This document shows positions 38,613 through 43,485 of a stretch of DNA of 43,485 bases, piece by piece. The stretch lies in contig NKIB01014434.1 of assembly GCA_002256025.1 (NCBI GenBank), positions 1 to 43,485 of the forward strand. The letters run 5' to 3'. The first letter of the stretch is position 1, and every line of letters begins with the position of its first letter. The notes under the pieces were generated by a model that was given only the letters and a program-made list of their open reading frames with translations, was not told the origin of the DNA and did not search any database. The stretch is from Asterionella formosa (Eukaryota). Both the position numbers and the translations under genes were made by a program.

Positions 38613-39181
38613 TCAATATGGTGGTTATATGAATGATGATCAAATAGTATTTATTGTTCTTATTACGTAACTGTTACATTTCGATAATCAATTACTGTTC
38701 TGTTTGTTTAAGTTCGACGGAATTTTCATTTATGGACCTCTTCTTCATTGAACTTTGTCCAGATTGATACAGACATGTTGGTGCTCTTTTTGTAAACTCG
38801 TTTGTTTGCATTACGCCAGTACTGAAGGATTCATCAACATGGAAATGGACAGCACACCGTCACCACCACCTCACCTTGAAGTTTCGTAGGGCTTACATGT
38901 GGTGCTAAAATGCACTCTCATGCACAAACACTTGTGACTTTTCGGGCTGAATCATTGATAGAAATCTCGACATTATGTAATATTGACAATTAGCAATCGC
39001 AAAAACCTTAACAATAACATCAAGTAGCCCTAGCAATAACATCACGTTTGATACAGCCTTGTCCATACAAATGTAAAATTAACCACAACAGTCATCATCA
39101 GTTTTGTATTCTTATAATATTAATATTAATTTTGATATACATATACATGATGCATATAATACCTGTACCTTGTTTTTATAG

Positions 39182-40048
39182 TTATGGTGATGGTGGTTTT
39201 GTCTTTTCAGGAACCATGGCCATGAGTTCACGTTCCATTCGTTTGGCAATAACATTTGCCACAGTCATGGTTTCATATTTGATTTTGAAGGATGCATAAC
39301 ATTGTTCATCAAAATCATCACTAGTAGTAGTAGTAGCATCATCATCATCCATCATGCCATTCTTTTGTCTCCATTCATCATAGGCCAACCTAGCAGCAGC
39401 ATCATAGGGGATGGTCACATCCACCTTTTCTGGGACAACAATTTGTTCCTCAAGGGCTCCAGAGTTTTGATCCAACATTGAAGATCCCAGCTGTCCACCA
39501 TTATTGCTCATGAGTGAAGCCACAACAACACCTCCGATAACAACAGCCAAAACTCCAATGGCAATGGTAGGATCCATCTGTACCATATTTATATAAATAA
39601 ATATATATATATTGTTGGTTAGTTGTACATGGATAAATTGATATAAAGGATGAAGTGTGGAAAATATAAATGTCGACAATAACAATACATTGAGATCATT
39701 ATTCAATTCAACTTACACCTGAGGCACCATCAAGCTCCATCATGTGGAGCACATGCAATGATTGCTGGTGAAGAGGAAAAAGGAAAAGCGTGAGAGGTTG
39801 CGAAATACTTGCAGTTCATTTTGATAGTAAATACACAGAACGCAGTAAGAACCGGTATCTGAAACAAAGCGAGAACTCACAGTACTTCTGGTGGATACCT
39901 GACTATGGTGGTGGCACTGGTAGTGACCTCTTGCGTTGGTTGGAGGATTGACATTGACTTTGACATTAGCAAATGCTTGCGACGAGATCGGAAGTAATGC
40001 TGCAAAACTACTGAGAATGAGGAAACATTTCGGCTGAAATCGACGCAT
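39182..40048 (-). CDS. Three-exon gene for a ~197 aa predicted plastid-targeted single-pass membrane protein (exons 40048-39899, 39764-39717, 39577-39182)
   Basis: Signal peptide ending SQA|F followed by a transit-like stretch. Two GT-AG introns with branch/polypyrimidine signals join in phase 0. TM segment IAIGVLAVVIGGVVVASLM and motif DVTIPYDAAARLAYDEW. Confidence 0.7.
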
Positions 40049-40479
40049 AGCTAGAGAGAGAAAGGTTAGGAGGATGACGTGTTTGCGAGACAAAACAGGA
40101 GATGAAGAAGGAAGACCGCGACAAGGTTCAGCAAATGATGCCGAACGATTTTATCTATGATCAAATGGATGATGAGCAGTAAAATAAATTTTTAGCAGAT
40201 TCTTTGATGGGTCGGTGGCATTCTTTAGGGGAAAGGGTTTATCCCATCGGCATCAAGCACACACATACATACGTACCGGAGCTGTGTGTTAATTTCATTC
40301 GACCCCTTTTTTGTACATACCACGGGTAGTACAACAGTTCCGCTACCTGGTACCGCTGGTAAGCCGTGAGCTGACGAATAAACAAGCAAAGATTCATGCT
40401 GTATGGACAACACGCACATCTTACAGAACAACAAGTTCAAGGAATGAAATACGTATGCATGTGAGGCCGTTGCTAACCG

Positions 40480-40553
40480 TTGACCCAAACCAAAACCAAA
40501 ACCAAAACCAAAACCCAAAAACTTATTTTTGGATTGGTTTTGGTTTTGGTCAA
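40480..40553. repeat. Imperfect hairpin of CCAAAA / TTTTGG repeats
   Basis: TTGACC(CAAAAC-like)n ... (TTTTGG-like)nTCAA. Confidence 0.8.
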
Positions 40554-41055
40554 ATCGTATACACTAAACGGCAGTTATCTGGTGGTTAGTCTACACTTTT
40601 TGTATACTTTTAGACACTAATCAATTCCTCTCACGTACCAGGTTCCACGATGCTCCTCAGGTATACACTCAAGTGTATACTTTCCACTTGAACTATTGGG
40701 GTGTGCTTTGTGGACGTACAATGTCAGTAGCGCAGTACCAGGTAGGAGGTAATTGATATTCTACACCACTAGCCAGCGGCGGTTTTCAATTCCTGACTCG
40801 ATCAACTACCGGTAGTACCGGTATGCTGGTATAGGTACAAATGTACCAGTGCCTGCTCCCATAAACCCTGGTACCAGTACCAGGGTACCAGTACCGGTAC
40901 GAGCAGGTACCTGGTACCGTTCTGGAGAGAGGCATGTACGGGTGTTATGTACTATAGTCACCAATGTAAATTATTGTTCTGATTCCTTCATCACTCATAC
41001 AAATAGGAAAGTCACTATCACCATACCACAACAACTTGTGCTTTTGACAACAAGA

Positions 41056-43381
41056 ATGCCTGGAGGCCGTAGACATCCTGCATTTTGTTCTAAAGGGACA
41101 GATGAACCTGTTGTAGGAATAGGAGGCAATATTGATGTCCATGATGAGCACTTGGGTCAAATTCAATAGACAGAAGATAACAGGCGAAAGCTGAAAACAA
41201 AACAGGAACACTGCAACAGATTGAAGGTAATAATTCAATGGTTGAAAGAGCAATACCCTCAGTATAGTACTGCAGCAGGTGGAGTTATTTCAATTTCTCA
41301 AGAGCATGCAAGAAACCCAAATTTTTTCCAACACACAAACACAGAAGACTTGAAGTACAATGAGATCAATGTCACTCTCATCAAAGCATTTCTTAGCTCT
41401 GCGAAGCGAAAATCAAATGGAAAAATATGCTCATTTTCAAATATTCGAAAGTTTCATGATTCCATTTTATTTGGTGCAGAGCAGGCATCAGAAGTTCTAC
41501 CTCAAATCTACCATCAAGAAATACAAAAGTTTTTAGAATCATTCAAAAAAGAGTCAGTTAAAGCAAAGCAACAAGGCAATGTTGATGAGCATGATGCAGA
41601 TCAAATACCACTTCCACTATACAGTCACATTTGTGAGTGGGCAGTGGCTGCTGGCAATATATTTGCATAGACATTTACAGTGTGCCAATGGAACTGCATG
41701 GGTCGAAGTGCATCCATAGATCCATTGGGAATTCACAATTTTACAATTCAAGATAACATATGATGACTCAAAGACTGACAGAGCTGGCGATCATGTTATT
41801 CCTAAGAATTTATATTCCAATCCCTTTAAGCCACACATTTGCCCTGCAACTGCACTTGGAATCTGGTTGTCACTTCGTAATGAAGCTTTTACTAAGGATT
41901 GTGACTCCATATTCCTTGATAATGGTACTCTTGGAAGTGCTGCTCATCGATACTGTCAACAGCTTGTTAAAATTCTGGCAGGTCATCATGACGAAGTTCG
42001 ACAATACTATTGTGCTAAGCGAGTGAAAAGCCATGGTCTCAGGAAAGGGTCTGCTACCCATGCAACAAGTGGAACCACTGTTCCTCCACCACTTCCATCA
42101 GTGGCTAGACGAGGTGAATGGAGCCAAGGAACTATCTTTGACATATATTTTTTGTTTGCAGAACCTGGTGATAAATACCTTGGGCGATGTCTTGCAGGCC
42201 TCCCACCTAATGCAGTTGATTTCGCGGTTCTCCCACCACATTTCATTTATGGTATGGAAAATGATGATGTCAAGCAGGCATTACAGATATGTTTTGGTTG
42301 CATCATTGACTTGTATGAGGAGAGACAAAATGGGGTTATAGTTGGTGTTTTGCTCTACTTCCTTGCATCAGTTGTTTATCACATGGATGCCTTTGTTAAA
42401 CCTGTAATTGAGAAACAACCAAACCACCCATTTTCTGCAATTCCACTATAGCAATATCCTGGCCTCCTTCAGCGCTTGCAAAAATTTGTGACACTTGATA
42501 GAACTGACAACATTCACCAAGCCACAGGGATCCCACCACAGATTGATCACTCACAAAAATTGAGTGAGATTCTTCTAAAAGTCACTCAGATAACATCAAT
42601 GATGATGCATCAGACAGAGGAAATCAAAGCTTCTGTAGTTCAAGCAATTGAAGAGCATGACATCCGTGGTGGTGTCATTACAATCGATTTTCTAAACAAT
42701 CGGTTGAAAGAGCATCACAAACAGCTTGAACAGGTGCTTTGTGATCAGCTTCAACAAGGTGGAATAACAAATGATCAGGTAAATCGACCACTCCCTGAAC
42801 AAGAACACCAACAAGATGGGATAGGTCATACTTTGTACTGCTATGATGGAAAGTTTTGACAGGTCCCAAGGGGTTGGCAGTTTCCTGAAAAGATTCTCCG
42901 CCGGACAGGGTGGAGTCTATGGCTAAATGGACAACCAGGCATTGTCAGACCATTTCGCCTTCTTGATCCACCGTCACTATCCCCTGACAAGAAGCTCCGG
43001 GATAGACTGAAATTAGAGTGGAGACCAATTTTCCAAATGATGGAACAAGCACCAGACATGGAGATTCCAACAGGGTCACACAATGTTACACCAGAATTTG
43101 TTGAGCAATCATTTCTGCAGGGAACTTATTATCTCAAGGCAAGAGCTGGATATGTTTGGGAGCGTTCAACAAGACCTGAAGTTCTTACTATCAGCTCATG
43201 GTCTAAACATGTTCAGCGGAGTAACATTGAGAAGTTTGGGAATGATAATGACCGTGCCAATCTTCCACCTCCAGATCGGCACAATGCTCCCCACAGCAAT
43301 ATACGGCAGCGGCGGCGCCAGCTTGCACCTAAGGTACTTGATCAAAGAAGAAGAGTTTGTCAGAGACACAATTCTCCTTGA
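41056..43381 (+). mobile_element. Decayed Crypton-like tyrosine recombinase gene
   Basis: WNCMGRS (catalytic Arg), SHGLRKGSATHA (HxxR), RRGEWSQG..IY (W, nucleophile Tyr), GDKYLGRCLAGL, and C-terminal VPKGWQFP..GWSLWLNG..RPFRLL. In-frame stops at 41167, 41668, 42449 and 42857, plus frameshifts. Confidence 0.85.
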
Positions 43382-43485
43382 AATTACTAGTGAATATTTA
43401 TATAAATATTTATCATATTATGTATATACTATACAAAGCAAGTAACTGGTACACAAGAGGTGTAGCCAGAGATGTTCTAGTTAAA

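Noticed and set aside
40480..40553. Telomere-like repeat
   Set aside because: Short, internal and in inverted arrangement, and not TTAGGG. Kept only as a hairpin repeat.

Overview
AT-rich eukaryotic DNA, most likely from a diatom or related stramenopile (Copia-type LTR remnants, a Crypton-like tyrosine recombinase, and a spliced gene with a signal peptide plus an 'SQAF' plastid-targeting motif). The window is a transposon-riddled cluster of four + strand, intronless paralogues encoding long armadillo (ARM)-like solenoids of 42-44 aa units. They are a 3' pseudogene fragment (196-781), a ~32-unit gene broken by one extra A in an A8 run (3477-7923), an intact ~23-unit gene (12304-15570) and a frameshifted ~8-unit gene (37376-38612). 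The three copies whose 5' end is visible share a C-x2-H-x20-C-x2-C motif. Their repeats keep a near-constant scaffold, vary at a few fixed helix-3 positions, and are copied out of register between modules and genes, which resembles a combinatorially diversified receptor family (inference). About 18 kb (15677-33568) is one decayed minus-strand Copia element inserted in the 3' flank of ARM gene 2, itself split by two related TIR DNA transposons. No rRNA, tRNA or CRISPR array was seen. All alignments and counts were done by eye.
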